From the NCBI GenBank assembly GCA_963811075.1, contig CAWEPY010000011.1:15393-79392 (forward strand): 64,000 bases of DNA, in the 5' to 3' direction. A program made the translations under genes and the position numbers. Positions 42,579 through 51,617 of the stretch are shown here, in pieces (positions within the stretch are counted from its first letter, which is position 1; each line of letters opens with the position of its first letter). This DNA comes from an uncultured delta proteobacterium. GTDB taxonomy: Bacteria > Desulfobacterota > Desulfomonilia > Desulfomonilales > Desulfomonilaceae. A model generated the notes under the pieces. That model was not told where the DNA came from. It saw only the letters and a program-made list of their open reading frames with translations, and ran no database searches.

Positions 42579-42676
42579 TGTCCTTATTTTATTATTTACT
42601 ATTAACTAATTGATTTGATTCCGATTCGGGATTCAAGGGATCAATCCGAAGGTATGTATGAAAGTTAGGTGTTTAG

Positions 42677-43543
42677 TTGTCGCTTCCATTGTCTTGCTGG
42701 CCCTTCTGGCTCCGGTTGCGGGCAAGGCGGTCTGGGCGAATTGCGTCCAGAGTGGCGATTCCGCTTGATTCCAATACCAACCTTCCCGGGTTCATTTTTC
42801 TCCCCCAGGCTGAGTTTAAGGGCCGTCTGCCTGCCGTGGTCATTGGTGTCGGGGTTGGAGGAACCAGGATCTTTCAATACCATGACCACTGCCAGTGTCT
42901 TGCTGACAGGGGATTTGTGGTCCTTCTGGTTGATCCTTCGAATTACCCGGAATCCATGTCGCCGGGACCGTGGACATGGGACCGTGATTTCGGATATGCG
43001 CTCGGCACTTTCAATCAGGGATACGTGGGAGCCAAGCTGGCGTTAGGCAAAGAGTGGTATTTGAAATCTTTCAAAGCCTGTGTGGACTACTTGGCCGCAT
43101 GGCCCTTGGTGGATCGGGAGAAGATCGCTCTCAGCGGGTTCTCTCAGGCGGCGAACGCAGTGCTTTCGTGGGCGTGCAGGGATCCACGCGTCAAGGCTGT
43201 AGTCTGGAATTATGGCGGCTGGCCCTGGGTCATGCCCTACGAACCCTTCAGGCTTCCCCCCGTGGAAATCTTTCATGGAGGACAAGACGATGTTTACGAT
43301 GTCAAATACGCAAAAGAACTTGCTCTCAATCTCAAGACAAGCATGCGCCAGTTCGAGTTGAACATCTACCCCGAACAGAAGCATATGTTCAATATTTATT
43401 ATGACTTGCATACTGAGAACCGATTCATGAAACCGGCTTTGCTGGACGCGTTCGAACGTATGGTGGCTTTCTTGAAACAGACAATGGGGGTTGACGGCCG
43501 GAGGGTGGGCCAAGGGGAGAAACGGGCCGCCAGAATACGCTAG
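42677..43543 (+). CDS. Dienelactone hydrolase-like alpha/beta hydrolase; the N-terminus is probably disrupted (a signal peptide is encoded in a different frame from 42658)
   Basis: Nucleophile elbow GFSQA, LPAVVIGVG and a late KHMF His region. A canonical signal peptide MKVRCLVVASIVLLALLAPVAGKAVWA is encoded by 42658..42768 in the -1 frame relative to the main ORF. Confidence 0.7.
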   Translation: MSLPLSCWPFWLRLRARRSGRIASRVAIPLDSNTNLPGFIFLPQAEFKGRLPAVVIGVGVGGTRIFQYHDHCQCLADRGFVVLLVDPSNYPESMSPGPWTWDRDFGYALGTFNQGYVGAKLALGKEWYLKSFKACVDYLAAWPLVDREKIALSGFSQAANAVLSWACRDPRVKAVVWNYGGWPWVMPYEPFRLPPVEIFHGGQDDVYDVKYAKELALNLKTSMRQFELNIYPEQKHMFNIYYDLHTENRFMKPALLDAFERMVAFLKQTMGVDGRRVGQGEKRAARIR

Positions 43544-43568
43544 CGGCCCATAATGTATCCTGCAGTCT

Positions 43569-44021
43569 TCAATAGTTAAGGATTTCTTCGTCCTTAACGC
43601 TGATCCATTCCTGGGAAAGAGCCTCAAAAGCCTTCGCGTTATCGTCTACCGCTAGAACCAGTAGAGGCCTTTGCAGTGGAGCGAATACCCCCTGAAGGTA
43701 ATACATGTTCTCAAGGTTAACGCCGACCGATTTGAGCGGCTTGAGAACCGCTGTCAAGGCGCCTGGATGTTTTGGCGTCTCGACTACAACCCTTTCGTTT
43801 ATAGATACGGAGAAACCCGCCGATTCCAGTATGTTCTGTGTTCTGGGAGGGTCGCTCGTCACAAGTTTCAGGTTCCCATGATCTCCTGACACATAGATAT
43901 TTAGCCCCAAGGCGTAGATTCCATTGGAACCCAGCAACTCAATTATGTTTGAAAGAGCCCCAGGTTTATTGGGAATCTCAATGGCGACCTCTCTAACCGT
44001 CTTCATACAAACCTCCAACAA
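43569..44021 (-). CDS. ACT domain-containing protein (tandem ACT)
   Basis: 150 aa with two beta-alpha-beta-beta-alpha-beta-like halves (EIPNKPGALSNIIELL and ETPKHPGALTAVLKPL). Last gene of the oxidoreductase operon. Confidence 0.7.
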   Translation of the reverse strand: MLEVCMKTVREVAIEIPNKPGALSNIIELLGSNGIYALGLNIYVSGDHGNLKLVTSDPPRTQNILESAGFSVSINERVVVETPKHPGALTAVLKPLKSVGVNLENMYYLQGVFAPLQRPLLVLAVDDNAKAFEALSQEWISVKDEEILNY

Positions 44022-44051
44022 TGATGAGCCATCAAATCTTGATTTTTCGCA

Positions 44052-44597
44052 TCACTTTGATCCACGAATAAAATCAGAGCCTACACTTATGGCATTCTGA
44101 TTGGTCTCAACGAGCTTTTTCTTTTTGCCTTCAAGCACGGTTTCTATGGCTGCAAGGACTGAGTTTTCCGAGACCATGTTCGTCACTTCCCTCACGGCTC
44201 CCAGCATGACCATGTTCAGAGAACGGTCTGCGCCCATGTCGTGAGCCAGCGTGTTGACCGGCACCATTACCAGGTTGATGTCCTCCCGAGCGGGCCTTTC
44301 CGTTATAAGATCCGAATTCAGAAACATGGTTCCGCCTGACTTTACCATGTTTTGATACTTGACCATGGACGGATAATTCATTGCGACCACGAACTCCGGA
44401 GAGGACGCTATAGGCGAGGCTATTTCCTCATCAGAAACTACCACGGTGCAATTCGCTGTGCCGCCCCTGACTTCTGCGCCATAAGCGGGTAGAAATGTAA
44501 CGTGTTTGTCTTCGTTCATTCCTGCGTAAGCCAGGACATACCCCATCATGAGCACGCCCTGACCACCAAACCCTGAGAAAATTATCTTAAGCGACAT
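44052..44597 (-). CDS. 2-oxoacid:ferredoxin oxidoreductase gamma subunit
   Basis: IIFSGFGGQGVLMMG motif; 181 aa. Confidence 0.9.
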   Translation of the reverse strand: MSLKIIFSGFGGQGVLMMGYVLAYAGMNEDKHVTFLPAYGAEVRGGTANCTVVVSDEEIASPIASSPEFVVAMNYPSMVKYQNMVKSGGTMFLNSDLITERPAREDINLVMVPVNTLAHDMGADRSLNMVMLGAVREVTNMVSENSVLAAIETVLEGKKKKLVETNQNAISVGSDFIRGSK

Positions 44598-45324
44598 CTT
44601 TAATTACCTTGAGAGGGAATATTTTGGTCATAATTTCATCAACCCAACGGATTGAATCCTTCGGGCTCATTTTCCAGTTCGTCGGGCAGGGCGACAACAC
44701 TTCCACCAATGAAAAGCCCTTGTCCTCCAGTTGTGTCTCAAACGCCTTTTTGATGGCCTTCTTTGTCCTGATTATTCCCTTGGGAGAAGTCACTGCGGTT
44801 CGTTCGATGTATACGCTGCCTGCGGCCAACGCCAGCATCCCGCTCAAATCCAATGGATTCCCGTCCCTTACCTGAAGACGACCACCAGGAGTTGTTGTGG
44901 TCTCCTGACCCGGCAGAGTCGTCGGCGCCATCTGTCCACCGGTCATTCCGTAAACAGCGTTGTTTACAAATATTGCGGTGATCCTCTCACCACGATTAGC
45001 CGCATGGATAGTCTCCGCTGTCCCAATTGCGGCTATGTCTCCGTCACCCTGGTAGGTGAAAACTACCCTGTCCTTGAGTATTCGTTTCATACCGGTCGCA
45101 ACCGCCGCTGCCCGCCCGTGCGGCGCCTCACACATATCCACGTCAAAATAATTGTAGGCGAGTACGGCGCAACCGGCCGGAGGAACCCCTATCGTCCTGT
45201 CCTTGATACCCAGTTCATCTATCACTTCGGCCACAAGCCTGTGGATTATGCTGTGACCGCATCCTGGACAGTAGTGGAAAGGATTGTCCTTCAGAGCGTC
45301 TGGTTTCGAGAATATTTTCTTCAC
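44587..45324 (-). CDS. 2-oxoacid:ferredoxin oxidoreductase beta (TPP-binding) subunit
   Basis: YCPGCGHSI Fe-S/TPP region and GDGD...NN TPP motif (YQGDGDIAAIG...FVNNAVYGMTGGQ). Confidence 0.9.
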   Translation of the reverse strand: MKKIFSKPDALKDNPFHYCPGCGHSIIHRLVAEVIDELGIKDRTIGVPPAGCAVLAYNYFDVDMCEAPHGRAAAVATGMKRILKDRVVFTYQGDGDIAAIGTAETIHAANRGERITAIFVNNAVYGMTGGQMAPTTLPGQETTTTPGGRLQVRDGNPLDLSGMLALAAGSVYIERTAVTSPKGIIRTKKAIKKAFETQLEDKGFSLVEVLSPCPTNWKMSPKDSIRWVDEIMTKIFPLKVIKDVA

Positions 45325-45398
45325 TTTGCCTGCTCCAATTCAGGATCTCGACCTGGGAACGGATCACCCGGTCAAGACAGCCGCTCGATTGCGACCGA

Positions 45399-46469
45399 TT
45401 AATTTGTTTTGCCGTGGTAGGCGCTTGAGACAATTGCGGCGACTTCTTCCGGAGTCGAGACAACGCCGCCTGGCCTGCCGTAAAAGGACACTTCCCTTCG
45501 TCCTTCAACCGCCAGTCTCACATCTTCGACCATTTGGCCCGTACTCATCTCAAACACCAGAAACTGGCCCACATGATCGCACAGTTTTGCCAGGGGCTTT
45601 GAAGGAAACGGCCAAAGAGTCTTGGGTCTGTAGAGTCCGACCTTAAGCCCGGACTGTCGAACCCGATGAACAGCTCCCTTTGCTATTCTCGCCGCTGTCC
45701 CGTAGGCGACAATAACGAGTTCCGCGTCATCAGTGAGGTACATTTCCTGATCGGGAATAGCTTCCGTAATCGCCTCATATTTCCTAGACAGCCTCCAATT
45801 GTGCTCTTCCTCTTTAGGGGGATCAAGCAGGAGTGAAAGGATGACCCGGCTGACGCGTCCCTTGGATCCGTTAACGATCCATTCCTTTTTGGGCAAAGAG
45901 GATGGATCGACAGGTTCGGGAAACAAAACCGGTTCCATCATCTGGCCCATCATTCCGTCACCTAGGATCATGACCGGAGTCCGATAGTGATCGGCAAGAT
46001 CGAACGCCTGCCGTGTCATGTCGGCTATTTCCTGTCCATACGCCGGGGCAAGGACTATCACGCGGTAGTCCCCATGGCCGCCACCGCGCGTCGCCTGAAA
46101 GTAGTCTCCCTGGGCGGGAGCGATATTGCCAAGACCAGGGCCGCCCCTCATCATATTGACAATAACGGCCGGGAGTTCCATTGCCGCCAGATACGATATG
46201 CCTTCCTGTTTGAGACTAATCCCGGGGCTTGATGAGGATGTCATCGCGCGCGCTCCAGCGGCGGCGGCGCCGATAACCATGTTGATTGAGGCTATTTCGC
46301 TCTCCGCCTGAATGAAAACAGCGTCATCCATTCGTGCGAATTTTGAGGCCATGTATTCAGGCAGTTCGTTTTGCGGTGTTATCGGATAACCGAAGTATGC
46401 TCTGCAACCAGCTCTTATCGCGGCCTCTCCAAGCACATGAGTGCCGCGCATGAGGGTTTTAGCGGACAT
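45399..46469 (-). CDS. 2-oxoacid:ferredoxin oxidoreductase alpha subunit (VorB-like)
   Basis: LMRGTHVLGEAAIRAGCRAYFGYPITPQNE N-terminus; 356 aa. My recollection is that the FGYPITPQNE form is typical of 2-oxoisovalerate (Vor) enzymes. Substrate is unproven. Confidence 0.85.
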   Translation of the reverse strand: MSAKTLMRGTHVLGEAAIRAGCRAYFGYPITPQNELPEYMASKFARMDDAVFIQAESEIASINMVIGAAAAGARAMTSSSSPGISLKQEGISYLAAMELPAVIVNMMRGGPGLGNIAPAQGDYFQATRGGGHGDYRVIVLAPAYGQEIADMTRQAFDLADHYRTPVMILGDGMMGQMMEPVLFPEPVDPSSLPKKEWIVNGSKGRVSRVILSLLLDPPKEEEHNWRLSRKYEAITEAIPDQEMYLTDDAELVIVAYGTAARIAKGAVHRVRQSGLKVGLYRPKTLWPFPSKPLAKLCDHVGQFLVFEMSTGQMVEDVRLAVEGRREVSFYGRPGGVVSTPEEVAAIVSSAYHGKTN

Positions 46470-46481
46470 TCTTAATTCCTC

Positions 46482-46742
46482 TCAATCAGTTTCATCTTTA
46501 GATGTCTTCTTCTCCTCACGGTAAACCTCGATGGCGACATCCGGGCACATAACAGCGCACATGGCGCAACCGGTGCATTCGATCTTATCGTTTTCAACGA
46601 CATCCTCTTCGAGGAAACACGCGGGGTAGTATCCTTTGGTATTGAGTTTAGGAGAAATTTCGATTTTCTTCTTGGGGCATACAAGGATGCAAAGTCCGCA
46701 TCCCTTACAGCGTTCCCGATTGATTTCAATACGGCCTTTCAC
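46482..46742 (-). CDS. 2-oxoacid:ferredoxin oxidoreductase delta subunit (2x[4Fe-4S] ferredoxin)
   Basis: CKGCGLCILVCP and CTGCAMCAVMCP. GTG start with a GGAG SD. Confidence 0.88.
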   Translation of the reverse strand: MKGRIEINRERCKGCGLCILVCPKKKIEISPKLNTKGYYPACFLEEDVVENDKIECTGCAMCAVMCPDVAIEVYREEKKTSKDETD

Positions 46743-46931
46743 GCTTTTTACTCCGATATTAAGGGTAATTGTCCAAATTAAATATTATTGAGTTTCATGT
46801 CAACAAAAAACTCGAATTCGTAGCAGTATCGCAGTCACTTTGATCCGTGCGCCCATATTGTGAAACGTCATATTGTTTCTGAAAGACAACGTCGGATTCA
46901 CATAACCCCCATCCAAGGGCAATTTGGGCGA

Positions 46932-47516
46932 TTACTTTTCCCCAGCGTTTTTCTGTGTGGGATCGAGGGTCTTTATCCAGAATTCCAGGTCTGTCTTAAA
47001 TAACGGATTCTTGGTCAAGAGGGTTGATCTCTTGAACAGATCAACAGCAGCGGAACGGTGACCAAGATCCAGAAGGGTAGCCCCGGCCATGGCTACGGAC
47101 GCAGCCTTTTCGGGGTATAGTTCTATATTGGCGACATATTTTATGAGGCTGTTTTTTGGGGCCACCACCCTGATAACGTCGTCTATATACAAGCCATACG
47201 CAAACAGGGGGGCTACCTCGGCGGCAGCGCTCCAGTCGGTAATCGCCTGACAAATCCGTCCATTGCGTGCGAATGCTGTTCCCCTGTTTAACAGGGCTTC
47301 ATAGGTCTGTGGCTTTCTGGAAAGGTACGAACTGAAAAGACGTACGGCCTGTTCATCGTGACCCATATCCAGAGACTGAACACCGCGGGCAAAATCGTCC
47401 GGCGCAGCCCAACCCGGAAAAGCCAGGATTAAAATTACCAGGCAAACAGCAAAACCAAGCCTGTTTCCCCGGGACTTCTTAGTAAATTTCATCATTACGC
47501 TCTTACAATCCGCCAA
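46932..47516 (-). CDS. Secreted TPR-repeat protein
   Basis: Signal-anchor leader LGFAVCLVILILAFPGWA, followed by TPR-like helices (ALLNRGTAFARNGRICQAITDWSAA). Confidence 0.65.
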   Translation of the reverse strand: MADCKSVMMKFTKKSRGNRLGFAVCLVILILAFPGWAAPDDFARGVQSLDMGHDEQAVRLFSSYLSRKPQTYEALLNRGTAFARNGRICQAITDWSAAAEVAPLFAYGLYIDDVIRVVAPKNSLIKYVANIELYPEKAASVAMAGATLLDLGHRSAAVDLFKRSTLLTKNPLFKTDLEFWIKTLDPTQKNAGEK

Positions 47517-47619
47517 TGGGTTACTTTATGCGTTCTTTGGACGCTTTACAACCTCTGCGGAGTAGTTCCAACGACAGCGGCCAGGGTGATCGGCGATTAC
47601 TGACCATGTTGAGTTTTCA

Positions 47620-47649
47620 TTGACGTATTAAGACATTATGTGGTATGCT
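47620..47649 (+). promoter_or_regulatory. Sigma70-like promoter for the aminotransferase gene
   Basis: TTGACG (47620-25), 18 nt, TATGCT (47644-49), with TGg just upstream. Confidence 0.4.
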
Positions 47650-47765
47650 TAGGAACCCTTAGAAATAAAGGGCTGATGCAAGGTCGAGAGCCCGGCTTAT
47701 AACTGAACGCAGATTTTTGAGCCGGGCTTTCGTTTGTACGGAAATTCCCGAGGAGGTTTTTATAC

Positions 47766-48950
47766 ATGCCGGTTTCTGGAAAAATCGCTGAATTCATGGA
47801 ACGATCTTCATGGATCAGGAAAATGTTCGAGCAGGGGGCCACCCTTAAAAGTAAACACGGAGCCGAAAATGTTTTTGATTTTAGTCTCGGGAACCCCAAC
47901 CTCGAACCATCCGCTCCGGTTAAAGACGCCATAAGGAATGCGGCGTCCGTTTCCACCCCCGGAGTCCACGCATACATGCCAAACGCCGGATTGCCGGCTA
48001 CCAGATCGGCTGTAGCCCGGAAGATAGCCAGAGACGAAGGTGTCGCGATCGATGAGAAAACAATCGTCATGACAGTGGGGGCCGGTGGAGCCATGAACGT
48101 AGCGCTAAAGGCCATCATGAATCCAGGCGATGAAGTAGTCATTCCAAAACCTTTTTTTGTGGAATATGTCTTCTACGTTGACAATCATGGGGGAAAGGCA
48201 GTCCTTGTCCCAACAAAATCCGACTTCGGTCTTGACATCAAGGCGATCGAATCCGCTATCAACACCTCCACAGCGGCAGTGGTCATCAACTCACCGAACA
48301 ATCCGACGGGCAAGGTTTACTGTCAATCCGAAATAGACGAGCTGTCCAGACTTCTGGTTTCAAAGAGTAAGGAATTCGGCAGGGCCATCGTATTGATATC
48401 CGATGAGCCGTACCGTGGAATCACGTACGACGGGGTCACTGTTCCAAGCGTTCTCAAAGCGTACCCGAACAGCATCGTGGCAACGTCCTTTTCAAAGGAT
48501 CTCTCTCTCCCCGGAGAAAGGCTTGGCTACATTGCTATGAACCCAGAAATGGATGATGCCGGGCAGACCTATGACGGGCTGGTCCTATGCAACCGCATCC
48601 TGGGATTTGTAAACGCGCCGGCGCTCATTCAGCGTGCGGTGCAGACCTGCCTGGACGCCGTGGTAGACATTTCGGTCTATCAACGTCGCCGCGACAGACT
48701 CTTTGAAGCTCTAACAAGCTTTGGTTACGACCTTGTAAAGCCTGAGGGGGCCTTCTATCTTTTCCCCAAATCTCCAATAGAAGATGATGTGGCTTTTGTT
48801 AATCTTCTTCAGGAGAAGCTCATTCTTACAGTTCCGGGAACTGGCTTTGGAGGCCCGGGATATTTCCGGATCGCCTACTGTGTTTCCGACGCAACTATTG
48901 AGGGGGCGCTCAAGGGGTTTGAGGAAGCCATAAAAGAAGCTAAAAGCTGA
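47766..48950 (+). CDS. Pyridoxal phosphate-dependent aminotransferase (class I, aspartate/aromatic type)
   Basis: 394 aa. NSPNNPTGKVY, and a PLP-lysine region (SFSKDLSLPGERLGY). Confidence 0.9.
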   Translation: MPVSGKIAEFMERSSWIRKMFEQGATLKSKHGAENVFDFSLGNPNLEPSAPVKDAIRNAASVSTPGVHAYMPNAGLPATRSAVARKIARDEGVAIDEKTIVMTVGAGGAMNVALKAIMNPGDEVVIPKPFFVEYVFYVDNHGGKAVLVPTKSDFGLDIKAIESAINTSTAAVVINSPNNPTGKVYCQSEIDELSRLLVSKSKEFGRAIVLISDEPYRGITYDGVTVPSVLKAYPNSIVATSFSKDLSLPGERLGYIAMNPEMDDAGQTYDGLVLCNRILGFVNAPALIQRAVQTCLDAVVDISVYQRRRDRLFEALTSFGYDLVKPEGAFYLFPKSPIEDDVAFVNLLQEKLILTVPGTGFGGPGYFRIAYCVSDATIEGALKGFEEAIKEAKS

Positions 48951-48964
48951 TTCAGCATGTGTGC

Positions 48965-49010
48965 GGCGCAATAAAAAAAGCGGGATAAATCCCGCTTTTT
49001 TTATTGCGCC
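48965..49010. terminator. Bidirectional rho-independent terminator between convergent genes
   Basis: Perfect 20-bp arms ggcgcaataaaaaaagcggg / cccgctttttttattgcgcc with the loop ataaat. The GC core gcggg/cccgc is flanked by A7 and T7 tracts, so it can terminate both strands. Confidence 0.85.
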
Positions 49011-49018
49011 ATTAGCTC

Positions 49019-49819
49019 CTACCGACTTGCAAGCTCATGCAGTTTGGTCCCAATTTCCAGAAGAGCTGATTTCTGAGCAGTCACTGCGTCCTCGAGTTCC
49101 CTGATCTTTACGAGCAATCCATGGACGTCCTTTGAGGCCTCGGCTGACGCTCCCTGGGCTTTGGATGTGATGTTCTTGCGTTCTGTTTCGATTCCACCCT
49201 TGAGTAAAGATAGTGAGTCCTCCAGTGGCTGGATTTTCTCCTTGAGTTCCGCCACAGCGGCTTCTTTAACCTTGGGCAAGGTCTTCTTCACGGCGTTGAT
49301 CAGCTTGGTATTGTTATCCAGGACTTCCTTGCGCACGTCGGCGAGTCCTTTGGTCAGTTCGTCCACCCGCTTTGTCATCGCGTCAATTGTTTTTTTCTCG
49401 ACCGCTGATTCCTTGGAAGTTGCGGCGAGTTCCTTTCCGCGTGATTCGGTTTTTTTCTTCAGTTCTATTAAACCGGCGTCGAGAGTTTTGAGCTTTTCCT
49501 TTACCCCTTCTCTCTCTTTCTGAGCATCCTGCGCCCATTCACGGAATTCCTCGAGTTTACTGTTGAGAGGGTCAACCTTGGTCTTTATTACCTGAGAAAC
49601 CCGTTCATTTTGATCTTCCAGGCGCTGAATATCAGCGCTGAAATCTTTTGTGGGCGCCAATTTGGTTGAGAATTCCCGTAGATCCTTGTCCTGTTTCTGG
49701 ATTTTCTTGTCAAGGTCCGCCATCCTGGTTTTCAATTCCGCGGTGTCATCCGTGCAGGCTGAAAAAAACATCGTGGCAGGAATACATAACGTTATTATGG
49801 CCTTATTAAGGAGTCTCAC
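49019..49819 (-). CDS. Coiled-coil lipoprotein (hypothetical)
   Basis: Lipobox FFSAC after a hydrophobic leader. The rest is Lys/Glu/Leu-rich heptad-like sequence. GGAGG SD before the GTG start. Confidence 0.65.
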   Translation of the reverse strand: MRLLNKAIITLCIPATMFFSACTDDTAELKTRMADLDKKIQKQDKDLREFSTKLAPTKDFSADIQRLEDQNERVSQVIKTKVDPLNSKLEEFREWAQDAQKEREGVKEKLKTLDAGLIELKKKTESRGKELAATSKESAVEKKTIDAMTKRVDELTKGLADVRKEVLDNNTKLINAVKKTLPKVKEAAVAELKEKIQPLEDSLSLLKGGIETERKNITSKAQGASAEASKDVHGLLVKIRELEDAVTAQKSALLEIGTKLHELASR

Positions 49820-49961
49820 GGAAACCTCCGGGTTAGAGAATTAGTGGTATTATAATACCAAATTATATAAAAAACGCAATGATAAACCGTTTATCTAGCG
49901 TAATTTATTAGATCAGCCCGGCGTTAGCCATGATCATGCGGCCCGCTTCAGGAGTAATTCC

Positions 49962-49989
49962 TTGACACTTTATCCGGATTTGCTATATA
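49962..49989 (+). promoter_or_regulatory. Sigma70-like promoter upstream of the disrupted OMP gene
   Basis: TTGACA (49962-67), 16 nt, TATATA (49984-89); 62 nt upstream of the GTG at 50051. Confidence 0.45.
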
Positions 49990-50050
49990 GTGCGATGCAA
50001 TAGATTATTGTTATTATTCTTTTTCCTGTGTTTTCACAAAGAGGTATGGA

Positions 50051-50946
50051 GTGAAGCCGAAAATTAATCTGACTACGGCGGTTCTTCCTTTTGCGCTCTT
50101 TGTGATGGTCTGTCTTTGTATCTCCCCTTCCACATCTCACAGCCAGGATCTTTCATCATGGTTCTCGTCAGGGACTTGGTGGGATTGGTCTGATTACCGA
50201 TTCAAGATTGAATACCGTTATTTTGTCCCTCGGTTGGTGTCTGGTACTGTATCTCGTGATGGACAAGATTATGATCTTCTGGCCTCTGCTACGGGAACAA
50301 ATGGTATTTCGGGAGGATATAATTTCGATACTCAACCCACGCCTATCAATTCTGCGCTGTTTCAACTTCAGGTGGACAGATTGGGCTTGCGGTTAAGAGT
50401 TGACGAGGATCTGATTTTTCGTGGAATTCATCGAAACGTCACAAGTCGGGGGACTCGGACTATCCGAACTTGATATGAGCAGTACAAGATTGGGAATGGA
50501 TCTTGACCTTATCAGGTATCCGTTTCTTCGCTGTGGCGTCGATTTTGATTTTAACGTCCATCCCCTGACTTTTATGGACGACAAACCGTGACAACACTAA
50601 CCGATTTTATAAAAGCGCATCACCGGCTACTCTCGGCCTCCACGTGTTCGCCATTCCAGCCAGAATCCGTGAAGTGCCTATTATAGTCAACGCCAAGATT
50701 GGATTCCCTTTTCCATACTGGAAACAGATTACCAGCGCCCAGTATGAAGCGAGAATGCTGGAATGGGAAGTTATGGCAGGCGCTAGACCTTCCGTCTGGG
50801 ACTTTAGCGCCTTTGGTCATTCCACATTTTCCGTCGGGATAGAGGCGGGTTTCCGATCGGTTGCCATAGACGCTGACCTGTCGAAATCAGCCAGCCTTAA
50901 GGCTCAATGGCAGGGTCCCTTCTTCCAGTTTGGAATTTACTACTAG
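50051..50946 (+). pseudogene. Outer-membrane beta-barrel-like protein gene split into three frames by two +1 frame breaks
   Basis: Piece 1 (50051..50473) carries the signal peptide. Piece 2 (my translation) reads LGLSELDMSSTRLGMDLDLIRYPFLRCGVDFDFNVHPLTFMDDKP* in the next frame. Piece 3 (to 50946) ends in the OMP-type C-terminus FFQFGIYY. The breaks are at the G5 run 50448-52 and within 50562-50591. Confidence 0.6.
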
Positions 50947-50954
50947 CTAAATCA

Positions 50955-51617
50955 TCACATCCCTTCCAGGGGACATCCCGAGCATCTTGCCTTTCTACCA
51001 CAGTAATTTGATCCAACCGCCACGAACTGCGCGTGATAGTCATTGAACATGGCGACATCTTCCTTGAGATTAAGGTGAAATATCGCCTGAATCCCATCGT
51101 AGTCCACTTCTGGTCCGACAATGCCGTGGCGCTCCAGCACCCTTCTCGTGTAGGCGTCAACCACGAAGATTGGCTTGTTGGCCGCGTATAGTATCATGGA
51201 ATCGGCCGTCTCTTTGCCAACCCCGTTGATTGAAAGCAGTTCAGTTCTTAATTCCTGTAATGATGACGCAAACATGCTGTCAAGCGAACCTCCATGATGC
51301 GAAACAAGACGCGTGATGAAATTCTTGAGACGCTTGGCCTTTATGTTGTAGTAACCCGCCGGCCTGATGAGTGTAGCGAGGTCATCTGCTGGAATATCGT
51401 GCAATCTTACTGCGTCAAGACAATCTGCCGCTTTAAGGTTAGCGATTGCCTTTTCAACATTCTTCCACGATGTGTTCTGGGTTAGAATCGCCCCGACACA
51501 GACCTCAAAAGGGCCCTCCGCCGGCCACCAGTTCCTGTGGCCGAACCTTTCTAAAAGAAGCCTGTAAATTATCCCAAGCTTTAGCTTCAATGAATCTTGC
51601 TCTAGTTTTGGACGCAA
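50955..51617 (-). CDS. Endonuclease III-domain (HhH-GPD) DNA glycosylase family protein
   Basis: ILTQNTSWKNVEKAI, HhH region LLSINGVGKETAD, and a C-terminal Cys cluster CGRKARCSGCPL. Confidence 0.82.
   Translation of the reverse strand: MRPKLEQDSLKLKLGIIYRLLLERFGHRNWWPAEGPFEVCVGAILTQNTSWKNVEKAIANLKAADCLDAVRLHDIPADDLATLIRPAGYYNIKAKRLKNFITRLVSHHGGSLDSMFASSLQELRTELLSINGVGKETADSMILYAANKPIFVVDAYTRRVLERHGIVGPEVDYDGIQAIFHLNLKEDVAMFNDYHAQFVAVGSNYCGRKARCSGCPLEGM

Noticed and set aside
42153-42657. Small ORFs (29-43 codons), or a cobalamin riboswitch, in the 0.5-kb AT-rich icmF/hydrolase intergenic region.
   Set aside because: The ORFs have no SD and implausible composition. I saw no B12-box or conserved riboswitch core. 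The region is better explained as two divergent promoters.
43043-43627. 194-aa minus-strand ORF, plus the plus-strand ORFs 42669..43046 and 43054..43404, within the hydrolase gene.
   Set aside because: They overlap the frame that carries the alpha/beta-hydrolase motifs, and they have no features of their own.
47636-48142. 168-aa minus-strand ORF overlapping the aminotransferase start.
   Set aside because: It is antisense to a strongly motif-supported PLP aminotransferase. It is Ala/Pro/Thr-rich shadow-frame sequence.
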